A stretch of 49,169 bases of DNA from Acidimicrobiia bacterium (GTDB taxonomy: Bacteria > Actinomycetota > Acidimicrobiia > Spongiisociales > ZC4RG35), in NCBI GenBank assembly GCA_009837815.1, contig VXSV01000072.1, forward strand, positions 1 through 49,169. Reading direction: 5' to 3'. The position numbers and the translations under genes were made by a program. Every line of letters begins with the position of its first letter. Within the stretch, counting starts at the first letter, position 1. Of this stretch, positions 26,436 through 35,669 are shown in pieces. A model generated the notes under the pieces. The model searched no databases. It was not told the origin of the DNA and was given only the letters and a program-made list of their open reading frames with translations.

Positions 26436-28213
26436 TGTACTCCCGCTACGGATCCGACGACCCGGTACCTCACCGGATGAACCTCATCCGCCGGGCCGCC
26501 AAGTCCGCCCGGTACATGGCCCTCCCTGCCCTGGGCGCCGCCACTGCGGCCATAGTGTCCTCCATGTCCAGGGTGGCGGGGCCGCTGGTGATACGAGAAG
26601 GGGTCGACAAGGGCATCATCCCCCAGAACACTTCGGTGATCACCAACGTGGCCCTGATTTTCGGCGGCATCCTGGTCGCCCAGTACGTTTCCACCCGAAT
26701 CACCCTTTACATGGTGGCCTGGTTGGGTGAAAAGTTCATGATGGACCTTCGGAACCAGGTGTACTCCCATGTCCTGAGAATGGACATGGCTTTTTTCGGG
26801 AGGACCAAGACCGGGGTCCTGGTGTCCAGGCTCACCGCCGACATCGAGTCTCTGCAGGTCTTCGCAACCGAAGGCGTCATCTCGGTGGTGGGCAGCACCT
26901 TGATGGTGACGGGGGTCTCCATAGCCCTGTTCGTCATCGATCCGTTTCTCGCCACGATCGTGATGCTGCTCATGCCCATCCTGGTGGCCATCTCGGTCCA
27001 CTTCGGCCGCCGGTCGGGACAGGCCTACCGGCAGGTGCGCAGCCAGGTCGGGAGGGTTTTGGGCGCCCTCCAGGAGAACATATCCGGAGTGAGGGAAGTC
27101 CAGGCCAATGCCCAGGAACTTCGCCAGGAAGAGCGCTTCGGGGCCATTGACCAGACCTACTACCAGAAGGGAATGGCCGCCGCCAAGACCGTGGTCACCT
27201 ATTTCCCGCAAGTGGACATGTTGCGAGTCATCGGGCTGGTCCTGGTCTTGTTCATAGGGGGAAACCGGGTGCTGGACGGGGAGATGAGTCTCGGTTCGAT
27301 GATCGCCTTCCTTCTCTACCTGAACTGGTTCTTCGAGCCCATCGTGCAACTCGCCAACATCTACAACCTCCTGCAGGGAGCGTTGGCCGCTCTCTACAAG
27401 CTCTACGGGTTGATGGATGAAGAACCCGCCATTCAGGAAGCCCTCGAAACCACCCCTCTCGCACCGGAGGTGGACGGCAGGATCCGGTTCCACAGGTTGA
27501 CCTTCGGCTACAGCCCCGACGAACCGATCATCACCGACCTGGACCTCTCCATACCCTCCGGCCAGCGGGTGGCCGTGGTGGGCGCAACCGGATCGGGGAA
27601 GAGCACCCTGGTGAGACTGATCGCGCGCTTCTACGACCCCCAAGCCGGCAAGATCTCCCTGGATGGGATCGACCTGCGTAGAGTGAGCTTTGCGGACCTT
27701 CGCCGGACGGTGGCTTTGGTACCCCAGGAAGGGTTCCTGTTCGAGGATTCGCTCCGATTCAACCTGTCCTTCGGCCGAGGTGACATGACCGACGACGAGG
27801 TCTGGGAAGCCTGCCGAGCAATGGGCATTGCCGAGTGGGTGGAAAGCTTGCCCGAGGGGCTGGACACTCCCATGCGGGAGAGGGGCAACCGGCTGTCGTC
27901 GGGAGAGCGCCAACTGGTCGCCCTCGCCCGGGCGCTGGCCGTCGATCCGGCGATAGTCATTCTCGACGAGGCCACGTCCAACCTTGATCCCGGAACCGAA
28001 AGCCAGATCGAAGACGCCCTCGAATCGCTGCTGGCGGGCCGTACCTCGATCGTCGTGGCTCACCGCCTCCGCACCGCCCGGCGGGCCGACCGCGTGCTGG
28101 TCATGGAAGGCGGACGGGTGGTGGAAGACGGAACCTACGACGACCTGGCCGGCCGTGGCGGACACTTCGCCGAACTGATAAACACCTGGGAGTCCTCCGA
28201 ACAGCGGGTGTGA
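26435..28213 (+). CDS. ABC exporter permease/ATPase fusion, chain with catalytic Glu but deviant signature (LSSGERQL)
   Basis: Walker A GATGSGKST, Walker B IVILDEATSNLD, H-loop VAHR. Its ATG overlaps the TGA of the previous gene (TGATG). Confidence 0.9.
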   Translation: MYSRYGSDDPVPHRMNLIRRAAKSARYMALPALGAATAAIVSSMSRVAGPLVIREGVDKGIIPQNTSVITNVALIFGGILVAQYVSTRITLYMVAWLGEKFMMDLRNQVYSHVLRMDMAFFGRTKTGVLVSRLTADIESLQVFATEGVISVVGSTLMVTGVSIALFVIDPFLATIVMLLMPILVAISVHFGRRSGQAYRQVRSQVGRVLGALQENISGVREVQANAQELRQEERFGAIDQTYYQKGMAAAKTVVTYFPQVDMLRVIGLVLVLFIGGNRVLDGEMSLGSMIAFLLYLNWFFEPIVQLANIYNLLQGALAALYKLYGLMDEEPAIQEALETTPLAPEVDGRIRFHRLTFGYSPDEPIITDLDLSIPSGQRVAVVGATGSGKSTLVRLIARFYDPQAGKISLDGIDLRRVSFADLRRTVALVPQEGFLFEDSLRFNLSFGRGDMTDDEVWEACRAMGIAEWVESLPEGLDTPMRERGNRLSSGERQLVALARALAVDPAIVILDEATSNLDPGTESQIEDALESLLAGRTSIVVAHRLRTARRADRVLVMEGGRVVEDGTYDDLAGRGGHFAELINTWESSEQRV

Positions 28214-28318
28214 CAAGGCGCGTCCCTCTTTGGCCGATCCGGCGAAAGGGGGACCGTGTGAACCGAGCAGGAACCACCGCCCGTCGCGAATCCAATCGGT
28301 TACCCATACCGACGCGGA

Positions 28319-28951
28319 TCACCCGGGGCGCCGGCCGTCTCCGGATCCGCGGGGTGGCGCCGGGCGCGCTCCCGGGGGAATGGTGATCCTGCGGCGCCTC
28401 GCCCGCGCCAGCGCCACCCGCGCCAGCACTGCCATGACGGCGGCCAGCGCATTGAACCCCATGTCTACCGGATCGAAGTGGCGGCTGGGCAACAACAGTT
28501 GGATGGTCTCGTCCAACACCCCTACCAACCCGGTGGTCATGACCGCCAGCACGGAGGGCACGGGGACCCGCCTACCGTGGTCCTTTCGTTCTTTTAGCGC
28601 CTCGTAGATAAAGGAGGCCACCACCCCGTATTCGATGAGGTGGCTGCGTTCGGCCAGCGCCATGCGAACCAGGACCATCAGATAGATCACCGCCACACCC
28701 AGAACCACACTGATCTCGACGCCGGAGGGCTTGGTCCTCAAGCCCTGGATGACCACGGTGATCCCGACCAGGAGCATCGCCGCGGCGAAGCCCACCGTGG
28801 TCAGGCCGGTTTCCGAGAGTTGTTCGGCGAGGGCTCCCGCCAACCCGAGGGTGGCAAAGATCGCCACCACAATGGCAAGCGTCCAGTACCACAGCCGACG
28901 CTCCCGATTTGACCCGAACCGGACCACTAGGGACCACTCCGCCCTTCCCAC
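28319..28951 (-). CDS. VanZ-like family membrane protein
   Basis: Several TM helices. DETIQLLLPSRHFDPVDMGFNALAAV matches the VanZ DExxQxxxPxRxxxxxDxxxN pattern. Confidence 0.7.
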   Translation of the reverse strand: MGRAEWSLVVRFGSNRERRLWYWTLAIVVAIFATLGLAGALAEQLSETGLTTVGFAAAMLLVGITVVIQGLRTKPSGVEISVVLGVAVIYLMVLVRMALAERSHLIEYGVVASFIYEALKERKDHGRRVPVPSVLAVMTTGLVGVLDETIQLLLPSRHFDPVDMGFNALAAVMAVLARVALARARRRRITIPPGARPAPPRGSGDGRRPG

Positions 28952-28994
28952 CGGCCGGCAGGCTCATCGGGTCTGACCACGGCAGCCCCCCGCT

Positions 28995-29450
28995 CTACCG
29001 ACCCAGGTTCGTTCCCCGGATCTTGGTGGGATGGATGAAAACCCCAGCCCGGCGTTCGGCCGCCATTGCGCGGTCGTACTCGTCCCAATCTTCGTGAGTT
29101 CCTCCCGCCGCAGAGAAGATGTCTCTCAGCAATCTGGGGAGATCCGCCGAATCGAACCCCTCCATCGGGTCGTCGGGGCCGACCCGGGTCACGCTGCCCT
29201 CCACGCCGATCCATGACCATCCGGCCCGGAATGTGATTGTGGCTGTCGGAGTGTGCCGCCAGTGGCGCAGTTTCACCGTGTCGCCGCGAACCACAAAGGC
29301 CACCACCTCCTCGTCCGTGACCGGATGTTTCATCACTCCAGCGTTGATCAGCGTGGAGTGCACCGTCCCGTCCGCCCGAGCGAAGGAGACGAAGGCCAAT
29401 CCTTGGTCCGCGGCTGCAAACTCTTTCACATGCTCGATGGTGCGCCTCAC
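28995..29450 (-). CDS. Pyridoxamine 5'-phosphate oxidase (PPOX) family protein, probable F420/FMN-binding split-barrel
   Basis: GTG 29450 is preceded by AGGAG and 5 nt. The sequence VRRTIEHVKEFAAADQGLAFVSFARADGTVHSTLINAG...VKLRHWRHTPTATITF...IGVEGSV fits a PPOX-class split beta-barrel. The upstream half of track ORF 28995..29906 is antisense to ybaK and was rejected. Confidence 0.6.
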   Translation of the reverse strand: MRRTIEHVKEFAAADQGLAFVSFARADGTVHSTLINAGVMKHPVTDEEVVAFVVRGDTVKLRHWRHTPTATITFRAGWSWIGVEGSVTRVGPDDPMEGFDSADLPRLLRDIFSAAGGTHEDWDEYDRAMAAERRAGVFIHPTKIRGTNLGR

Positions 29451-29525
29451 CAATGCTCCTTCCCGTTGCCGGCGTGGGAGACCATCCGAGAATACCGCTG
29501 GTCGCCGGCCGATAAGGTAGGGCCG

Positions 29526-30008
29526 ATGCCAAACTCCGACAATCTGCCCTCCGCCACCAGGCGATGGCTGGAGGGGTGTGGGGCCTTCGACATCGCCCCG
29601 AAGATCAGGGTCTTCCCAGACGGGACGAAAACGGCCATCGACGCCGCCAGAGCGGTGGGGTGCCGCCCCAGCCAGATCGTCAAGTCCTTGGTATTCGAAG
29701 TGGATGGAGAGGCGGTGCTGGCTCTGGTGCCCGGCGATCGCAGACTGCACACCGACAGCCTGGCCCGGGCGGCAGGAGGAAACAAGGTGCGCCGGGCCTC
29801 GCTCAACCGGGTGAAGGAAGCCACCGGCTTCGCGGCGGGCGGGACGCCCCCCTTCGGGCACGACCATCCGATCCGGGTGTTCGCCGACCGGGCGCTCCGG
29901 CGCCATGACCCGGTGTGGGCGGCGGCCGGAACGCCCACGACCGTCTTCTCCATCAGCCTGGCAGACCTGGACCGGGCCGCCGGGCCCAGTTGGTGCGAAC
30001 TCTCCTAA
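29526..30008 (+). CDS. YbaK/EbsC family aminoacyl-tRNA deacylase
   Basis: ATG 29526. IVKSLVFEVDGEAVLALVPGDRRL...ATGFAAGGTPPFGH is typical of the YbaK/ProX editing domain. Confidence 0.8.
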   Translation: MPNSDNLPSATRRWLEGCGAFDIAPKIRVFPDGTKTAIDAARAVGCRPSQIVKSLVFEVDGEAVLALVPGDRRLHTDSLARAAGGNKVRRASLNRVKEATGFAAGGTPPFGHDHPIRVFADRALRRHDPVWAAAGTPTTVFSISLADLDRAAGPSWCELS

Positions 30009-30009
30009 C

Positions 30010-30453
30010 TCAAGGTCCCGGAGAGAGTTGATAAGCCGGGTCGAGCATCAGCAGAAAGTCACCGCACCGTTCGGCTTCGGAGGTTTCGCCTATGGCCCCG
30101 GCCATCCTGCGGAGACCGTCCAGGCTGGAAAGGAAACCGCGGTTGGAGGGATGCAACCCGCGCACATACCCCGATCCCCTCCAGCCGTTCTGTCTCAAAG
30201 CGTCCAGGCCGCGGTGGTAGCCGATCCGGTAGTAGGCGTAGGCCTCCAGGTGATCGCTCAGCCCCTTGGCCCCCGATTCGCACAATCCTCCCAGGGCGGC
30301 CCAAACCTCGGGCATCTCCGGGTTGGCGGCGGCGGTTTCCGCCACTCTGTCCCGGTCGCCACCGGCAGCCGCCAAGGCGGCCATCACGTCCGCCGGCGGC
30401 TCAGGGAGCACCGTCTCGGGCGCCCCTCCGGGAGTGAGGCGGACTTCGGCCAT
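30010..30453 (-). CDS. DUF3151-like conserved actinobacterial protein
   Basis: AYAYYRIGYHRGLDALRQNGWRGSGYVRGLHPSNRGFLSSLDGLRRMAGAIGE...CGDFL matches my recollection of DUF3151. ATG 30453 lies 2 nt after the ppdK stop. A TTG at 30459 is an alternative start. Confidence 0.6.
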   Translation of the reverse strand: MAEVRLTPGGAPETVLPEPPADVMAALAAAGGDRDRVAETAAANPEMPEVWAALGGLCESGAKGLSDHLEAYAYYRIGYHRGLDALRQNGWRGSGYVRGLHPSNRGFLSSLDGLRRMAGAIGETSEAERCGDFLLMLDPAYQLSPGP

Positions 30454-30455
30454 CG

Positions 30456-33095
30456 TCAAGCCCGGGGAAGGGGAATGTCCCCGTTCCGGATCGCCGCCTG
30501 GGCGGCAGCCAGCCGGGCGCCCGGAATCCGTGGAGGGCTCATGGACACATAGTCAAGACCTACCCGGTGACAGAAATCGATGCTGGCCGGGTCTCCTCCG
30601 TGTTCACCGCACAGTCCCACCGAAAGATTGGGACGGACCGCCTTCCCCTCTGCGGTGGCCCACTCCACCAACCGTCCCACCCCCGTCTCGTCCAGGGACT
30701 GGAATGGGTTGTGAGACAGCACCCCGTCGGCCAGATACGTGTTGAGAAAGCGCACCTCGGCGTCGTCGCGGCTCAGCCCGAAGGTGGTCTGGGTGAGATC
30801 GTTGGTGCCGAAGGAGAAGAACTCAGAGATACGGGCCAGGTCCCCGGCCATCAGGGCGGCCCGGGGGATCTCCACCATGTTGCCCAGCTTCACCTCCCTG
30901 TCCACCTGGTAGGCGGCCTGTTCCTCGGCCAGCATGTCCCGCACCCGTTCCATCTCGGCCGGATCCGCCACCAGGGGGACCATTATCTCCAGGCGGGGAT
31001 CTCCCCCTTCGTCCACTCGACGGCGGATAGCCTGCAACGCCGCCCGGATCTGCACCCGGTACAGCGAAGGCCTAATGATTCCCAGGCGCACTCCCCGCAA
31101 ACCCAGCATGGGGTTGGTCTCTTCCCAACTCCTCACCACCTCGATTGTCCGCTCCACCTCGGCGGTGGGCTCTCCCGCGGCGCGGAGCTGATCGTATTGG
31201 TCGCGAAGATCCCAGCGGTCGGGGAGGAACTCGTGAAGGGGAGGATCGAGCAGGCGGACCACCACCGGCTTTCCGTCCATCGCCTCCAGCAAGGCGGTGA
31301 AGTCCTCGGTCTGCAACTGCTGCAGCTCCAGGAGAGCCTTCTCCGGCTCCTCGTCCATGATTATCCGGCGCACCACGGGCAGCCGGTCCCCCATGAACAT
31401 GTGCTCGGTGCGAGCCAGCCCGATGCCCTCCGCCCCCAGTTCCGCGGCGCGGGCCGCGTCCTTGCCCGTGTCGGCGTTTGCCCACACCCCGAGCCGCCGC
31501 ATTTGGTCCGCCCAGCCCAACAGCATCTCCAACTCGGCGGGCGGTGAGGGCTCCACCAACTCCACCTCTCCGATGAATACCCTTCCGGTGGTGCCGTCGA
31601 TTGCGATGGTGTCTCCTTCTTTCACCCGCAATCCCCCCGGCGCGGTGAAATGGCCCTGCTCGGCGTCGATGGATATCTCCGCGGCGCCGGTGACCGCGGG
31701 CGTCCCCATAGCGCGGGCCACCACCGCCGCATGGCTGGTCTTCCCTCCGTGGCTGGTCAGGATCCCCTCGGAGGCGAATAGCCCCTCTATGTCGTCGGGC
31801 GTGGTTTCCCATCTAACCAGGATCACCGGGGTTCCCTCCCCTGCCATCTCCACGGCCCGTCGAACGTCGAACACCGCCTTGCCCATCGCCGCTCCCGGGG
31901 AGGCGTCCAGCCCGAAGAAGGCCGGAGGCGGCGACTTGTCCTCGGCGATCCCGTGCACGAGCAACTGCTCCAGTTGGCCGGGCTCCACCCGCATCAGGGC
32001 GGTCTGGCGGTCGATCAGCCCTTCTTCGACCATCTCCACCGCGGCTCTCACCGCCGCAGCGGCCGATCTCTTCCCCACGCGGGTCTGCAGTATCCAGAGC
32101 TTCCCCTTCTCGATAGTGAACTCGATATCGCACATGTCGGAGTAGGCGGCCTCCAGCGAGGAACCCACCGCCGCCAACTCGGCGTGGATCTCGGGGTGGG
32201 ATTCGGCCAGGACCGAGATGGGGAGGGTCTGGCGGATCCCAGCCACCACGTCTTCTCCCTGGGCATTGGGCAGGTAGTCCCCGAACATCTCCCGCTGACC
32301 GGTGGCAGGGTCGCGGGTGAAGTACACCCCGGTGCCCGAGTCGACGCCCAGGTTGCCGAACACCATCATCTGGATGTTGCAGGCCGTTCCCAGATGGTGC
32401 GGAATGTCGTGGAGCCGACGGTAGGTGTAGGCCCGAGGGGAGTTCCAAGACTCGAACACCGACTCGATCGCCTTCCGCAACTGCTCCATCGGGTCTACCG
32501 GCACCTCGCTTTGCTGGGCGGCCAGCAACATCCTGAACCGGCGGACCGCGGCCACCAGGTCGGAGGTGGGGAGCCGGGAGTCCTCGGTGACGTTTCTGCG
32601 TTCTCGGAGCCTTGTCATGACATGCTCGAAGTCGTCCCGGTTGGCGCCGAGCACCACTTCTCCGTAGGTCTGGAGAAGGCGCCGGTAGGCATCCCAGGCG
32701 AAACGCTGGTCCCCGGACCACCGGGCCAACTCCGAGACCACCGCCTGGTTGGCGCCCAGGTTGAGCACCGTGTCCATCATTCCCGGCATGGAGAAGCGGG
32801 CTCCCGAGCGGGCCGACAGGAGAAGCGGGGGGCCGGCCACCCCACCCAGGCTGCGGCCGGTCTGGCTCTCTATCTCGGTCAACGCCGACTTCACCTCGGC
32901 CCAAAAGCCCGGCGGCATCCGCCCTTCCTCCAGGTAGAACCGGCAGGCAGCCGTGGTAATGACAAACCCGTGGGGAACTGCCAGCCCCATTTCCATCATG
33001 CGCGCCAAGCCAGACCCCTTGCCACCCAGGAGGTCGCTGTCCGCCGGATCGGCTTCGTCGAAACTGAAGACGTATTCGTCTGCTTTGTCAGCCAT
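30456..33095 (-). CDS. ppdK: Pyruvate, phosphate dikinase
   Basis: 879 aa. ATP-grasp N-terminus (LLGGKGSGLARM), phospho-histidine motif GGKTSHAAVVARAMG, and PEP-utilising C-terminus with the CGEHGGDP motif. Confidence 0.95.
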   Translation of the reverse strand: MADKADEYVFSFDEADPADSDLLGGKGSGLARMMEMGLAVPHGFVITTAACRFYLEEGRMPPGFWAEVKSALTEIESQTGRSLGGVAGPPLLLSARSGARFSMPGMMDTVLNLGANQAVVSELARWSGDQRFAWDAYRRLLQTYGEVVLGANRDDFEHVMTRLRERRNVTEDSRLPTSDLVAAVRRFRMLLAAQQSEVPVDPMEQLRKAIESVFESWNSPRAYTYRRLHDIPHHLGTACNIQMMVFGNLGVDSGTGVYFTRDPATGQREMFGDYLPNAQGEDVVAGIRQTLPISVLAESHPEIHAELAAVGSSLEAAYSDMCDIEFTIEKGKLWILQTRVGKRSAAAAVRAAVEMVEEGLIDRQTALMRVEPGQLEQLLVHGIAEDKSPPPAFFGLDASPGAAMGKAVFDVRRAVEMAGEGTPVILVRWETTPDDIEGLFASEGILTSHGGKTSHAAVVARAMGTPAVTGAAEISIDAEQGHFTAPGGLRVKEGDTIAIDGTTGRVFIGEVELVEPSPPAELEMLLGWADQMRRLGVWANADTGKDAARAAELGAEGIGLARTEHMFMGDRLPVVRRIIMDEEPEKALLELQQLQTEDFTALLEAMDGKPVVVRLLDPPLHEFLPDRWDLRDQYDQLRAAGEPTAEVERTIEVVRSWEETNPMLGLRGVRLGIIRPSLYRVQIRAALQAIRRRVDEGGDPRLEIMVPLVADPAEMERVRDMLAEEQAAYQVDREVKLGNMVEIPRAALMAGDLARISEFFSFGTNDLTQTTFGLSRDDAEVRFLNTYLADGVLSHNPFQSLDETGVGRLVEWATAEGKAVRPNLSVGLCGEHGGDPASIDFCHRVGLDYVSMSPPRIPGARLAAAQAAIRNGDIPLPRA

Positions 33096-33276
33096 CTGCT
33101 ACCCGTTCGCTTTCGATACTACCGAAGGACCAGGAAGCCGTCCCGGCCAGTGTTATCGCAAAACATAGATGAGGGGGAAGCCTACAATTGAGGACGTAGT
33201 TGACATTTGGTAACGGTGAGGAAGGGTTCATCAAGGGAACCATTCATCGCCCTAGGACCCGGGCAAGGAGCGAGAC

Positions 33277-33720
33277 ATGGACAACGAGTTATGGAGATGG
33301 CTCTGGCTGGGTTTGGCTGCCCTGTTGGGAATCGGAGAGGTGCTTACCGCCGGGTTCTTCCTGCTGCCGTTTGTCATCGGCGGGGCCGCCGCGGCGGTTC
33401 TCTCCTGGCTGGGACTGGCGCCACTGGCCCAGTGGCTGGTGTTCTTCGGCGTTTCTCTCCTGTCCTGGGCAGTCCTGCACCGATACATCAAGACCCAGGA
33501 TTCCGACGGGCAGCCACAGGTGGGCGCCAACCGCTGGAAGGGCGCCACCGGTCTGGTCTTGGAGGAGATCGACCAGGTGAGCGGAGACGGGATGGTCCGT
33601 ATCTTCGGCGAAGAGTGGCGGGCAACCGTCCCAGCCGGGCAGGAGAACATCCCAACCGGCGACATCATAGAGGTGATCGGTGTGGAAGGAACCAAGTTGG
33701 TCGTGGTTCGGAGATCTTGA
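33277..33720 (+). CDS. NfeD family membrane protein
   Basis: Two or three N-terminal TM helices plus a C-terminal OB-like domain (GDGMVRIFGEEWRA...GDIIEVIGVEGTKLVV). It lies immediately upstream of an SPFH gene. AAGGAG lies 6 nt before the ATG. Confidence 0.8.
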   Translation: MDNELWRWLWLGLAALLGIGEVLTAGFFLLPFVIGGAAAAVLSWLGLAPLAQWLVFFGVSLLSWAVLHRYIKTQDSDGQPQVGANRWKGATGLVLEEIDQVSGDGMVRIFGEEWRATVPAGQENIPTGDIIEVIGVEGTKLVVVRRS

Positions 33721-33752
33721 CAGCCATTTTGAACTAGGAAGGAAGTGACCTC

Positions 33753-34697
33753 GTGTTGGAGGATCTAGCTGTATTTGGACTGTTCGGGGCTGTGGCCCTG
33801 GTACTGATCCTGTTTGCCGCCGCCGGACTGAAGGTGGTCAGGCCGTACGAGAAGGGACTGATCGAGATGCTGGGCCGCTACCAGTACACGGTCGATTCGG
33901 GGCTCCGGTGGGTGATGCCCTTCATCAAGCGGATCATCAAGGTGGACATGCGGGAGCAGGTGGTGGACGTTCCTCCCCAGGAGGTGATCACCAAGGACAA
34001 CGTGGTGGTAACCGTGGACGCGGTCATCTACTACGAGGCCACCGACCCGGTCAAGCTGAAGTACAACGTGGGACGCTTCATCGTGGCGGTAACCAAACTC
34101 GCCCAGACCAACCTGAGGAACGTGGTCGGCGACCTGGACCTCGACGCCGCCCTCACCTCCCGGGAAGTGATCAACTCCAAACTGCGCCAGATTCTCGACG
34201 ACGCCACCGACAAGTGGGGTACCCGGGTGGTGCGAGTGGAGATCCAACGGATCGAGCCTCCGGCCGACGTAACCCAGTCCATGCACCGCCAGATGAAAGC
34301 TGAGCGAGAGAGAAGAGCGGTCGTGACCGAAGCCGAAGGCGACAAGCGCTCCCGAATTCTGAAGGCTGAAGGGGTGCGGGAGAGCCAGATTCTGGAAGCC
34401 CAGGGTCAGGCCCAGGCCATCGAGACCGTGGCCGAGGCCGAACGGTTCAAATTGCTGACCGTGGCCGAAGGTGAGGCCCAGGCGATCGAGAAGGTGTTCG
34501 CCGCCATCCACCAAGGGGATCCCACTCCCGACCTGATCGCCATCCGCTATCTGGAGGCGCTGCAGGGAATCGCCGACGGGCAGGCCACCAAGGTTTTCCT
34601 CCCCCTCGACACCAGCGGGGTGCTGGGCAGCGTGGCGGCCATCGGAGAGTTGCTCAAGGACACCGGCAGCGACAAGCTGGCTTCCCCGGGCAGGTAG
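33753..34697 (+). CDS. SPFH/band-7 (stomatin-like) protein
   Basis: N-terminal TM helix, then the SPFH core ([31 protein letters not shown]) and a coiled-coil tail ([14 protein letters not shown]...). GTG start with GGAAGGAAG upstream. Confidence 0.9.
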   Translation: MLEDLAVFGLFGAVALVLILFAAAGLKVVRPYEKGLIEMLGRYQYTVDSGLRWVMPFIKRIIKVDMREQVVDVPPQEVITKDNVVVTVDAVIYYEATDPVKLKYNVGRFIVAVTKLAQTNLRNVVGDLDLDAALTSREVINSKLRQILDDATDKWGTRVVRVEIQRIEPPADVTQSMHRQMKAERERRAVVTEAEGDKRSRILKAEGVRESQILEAQGQAQAIETVAEAERFKLLTVAEGEAQAIEKVFAAIHQGDPTPDLIAIRYLEALQGIADGQATKVFLPLDTSGVLGSVAAIGELLKDTGSDKLASPGR

Positions 34698-34742
34698 CGA
34701 GGGACGTCCGGACCGGATACCGGAACCGACAGGCAAACAAAA

Positions 34743-34768
34743 GGGTCGGGACCCGAGGGTCCCGACCC
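34743..34768. terminator. Bidirectional intrinsic terminator hairpin between convergent genes
   Basis: GGGTCGGGACC-CGAG-GGTCCCGACCC is a perfect 11-bp stem. It is flanked by CAAACAAAA on the left and TTTCTCC on the right. It sits between the SPFH stop (34697) and the coxM-like stop (34809). Confidence 0.7.
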
Positions 34769-34808
34769 TTTCTCCAATTCTCCGCCCGCTTCCGGCAGAG
34801 AGGTCTTG

Positions 34809-35669
34809 TTATGTCGCGGCGGCTACGGCCTGCTGGAGAGCCCTGCGAGTCATCACCTTGGCCAGATGGGCCTTGTACTCGACGGTCCCGAACAGGTCGT
34901 CCAGCACTGTGACGCCCTCGAGGGCGCGCTCGGAGGCTTCGGCAATCGCAGCGCCGGAGCCATCGGTCCCGACCAGGGCTTCCACCACTCCTTCAGCCAG
35001 GGTGGGCTTGGCGCCTACCCCGGTAAGAGCAACCCGCGCGGAGGAGACGGCGCCGTCGGAGACATCCAGCCAAACCGCCGCGCCTGCAACGGCGTAGTCG
35101 GTGTGGCCGCCCCGTCGACCCAGCTTCTCGTATGCCGAGGCGCCGCCCTGTTTGGGGATGCGGGTCTCGGTGAGGATCTCCCCCGGCTCCAGGGCCGTGG
35201 TGAGGGTGTCGACGAAGAAGTCGGAAGCCGCGATCTCGCGAACGCCGCCCGCCGAGGCCGCCACCATGGTGGCGCCCAGAGCGAGTGCGGCCGATGGCTG
35301 GTCGGCAGCGATGTCGGCATGGGCGATCGAACCGCAGGTCGTACCCTGGTTGCGCACCTGAACATCTCCTGTCCAGGAGGCAGCAGTCGCCAACGCCGCG
35401 GCGTGCTCGGCGATCGACGGATCGGAGGCCGTGGCGGCATGGCTCACCATCGCTCCGATGGCGAGGTGGTCACCGCGGTCCTCTATGGAGGAGAGCCCGG
35501 GAATCCGGCCGATGTCAACCAACACATCCGGAGAGAAGAGCCTCAGCTTCATGAGGGGCAGGAGGCTCATGCCTCCGGCCAGCACCTTGGCGCCCTCGGT
35601 GGAGGCCAGGACTGACGTTGCCTCGTCCAGCGACCCCGGGGATACATACTCGAATGACCTGGGATACAT
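34809..35669 (-). CDS. Xanthine dehydrogenase family FAD-binding subunit (CoxM-like)
   Basis: The start was moved to ATG 35669 ([17 protein letters not shown]...), which overlaps the TGA of the large subunit (TGATG). FAD motif AGGMSLLPLMKLR. The upstream 190 codons of the track ORF are out-of-frame overlap with coxL. Confidence 0.85.
   Translation of the reverse strand: MYPRSFEYVSPGSLDEATSVLASTEGAKVLAGGMSLLPLMKLRLFSPDVLVDIGRIPGLSSIEDRGDHLAIGAMVSHAATASDPSIAEHAAALATAASWTGDVQVRNQGTTCGSIAHADIAADQPSAALALGATMVAASAGGVREIAASDFFVDTLTTALEPGEILTETRIPKQGGASAYEKLGRRGGHTDYAVAGAAVWLDVSDGAVSSARVALTGVGAKPTLAEGVVEALVGTDGSGAAIAEASERALEGVTVLDDLFGTVEYKAHLAKVMTRRALQQAVAAAT

Noticed and set aside
26396-28216. 606-aa minus-strand ORF
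   Set aside because: It is antisense to the second ABC transporter gene, which has clear Walker A/B and signature motifs. It is a shadow ORF.
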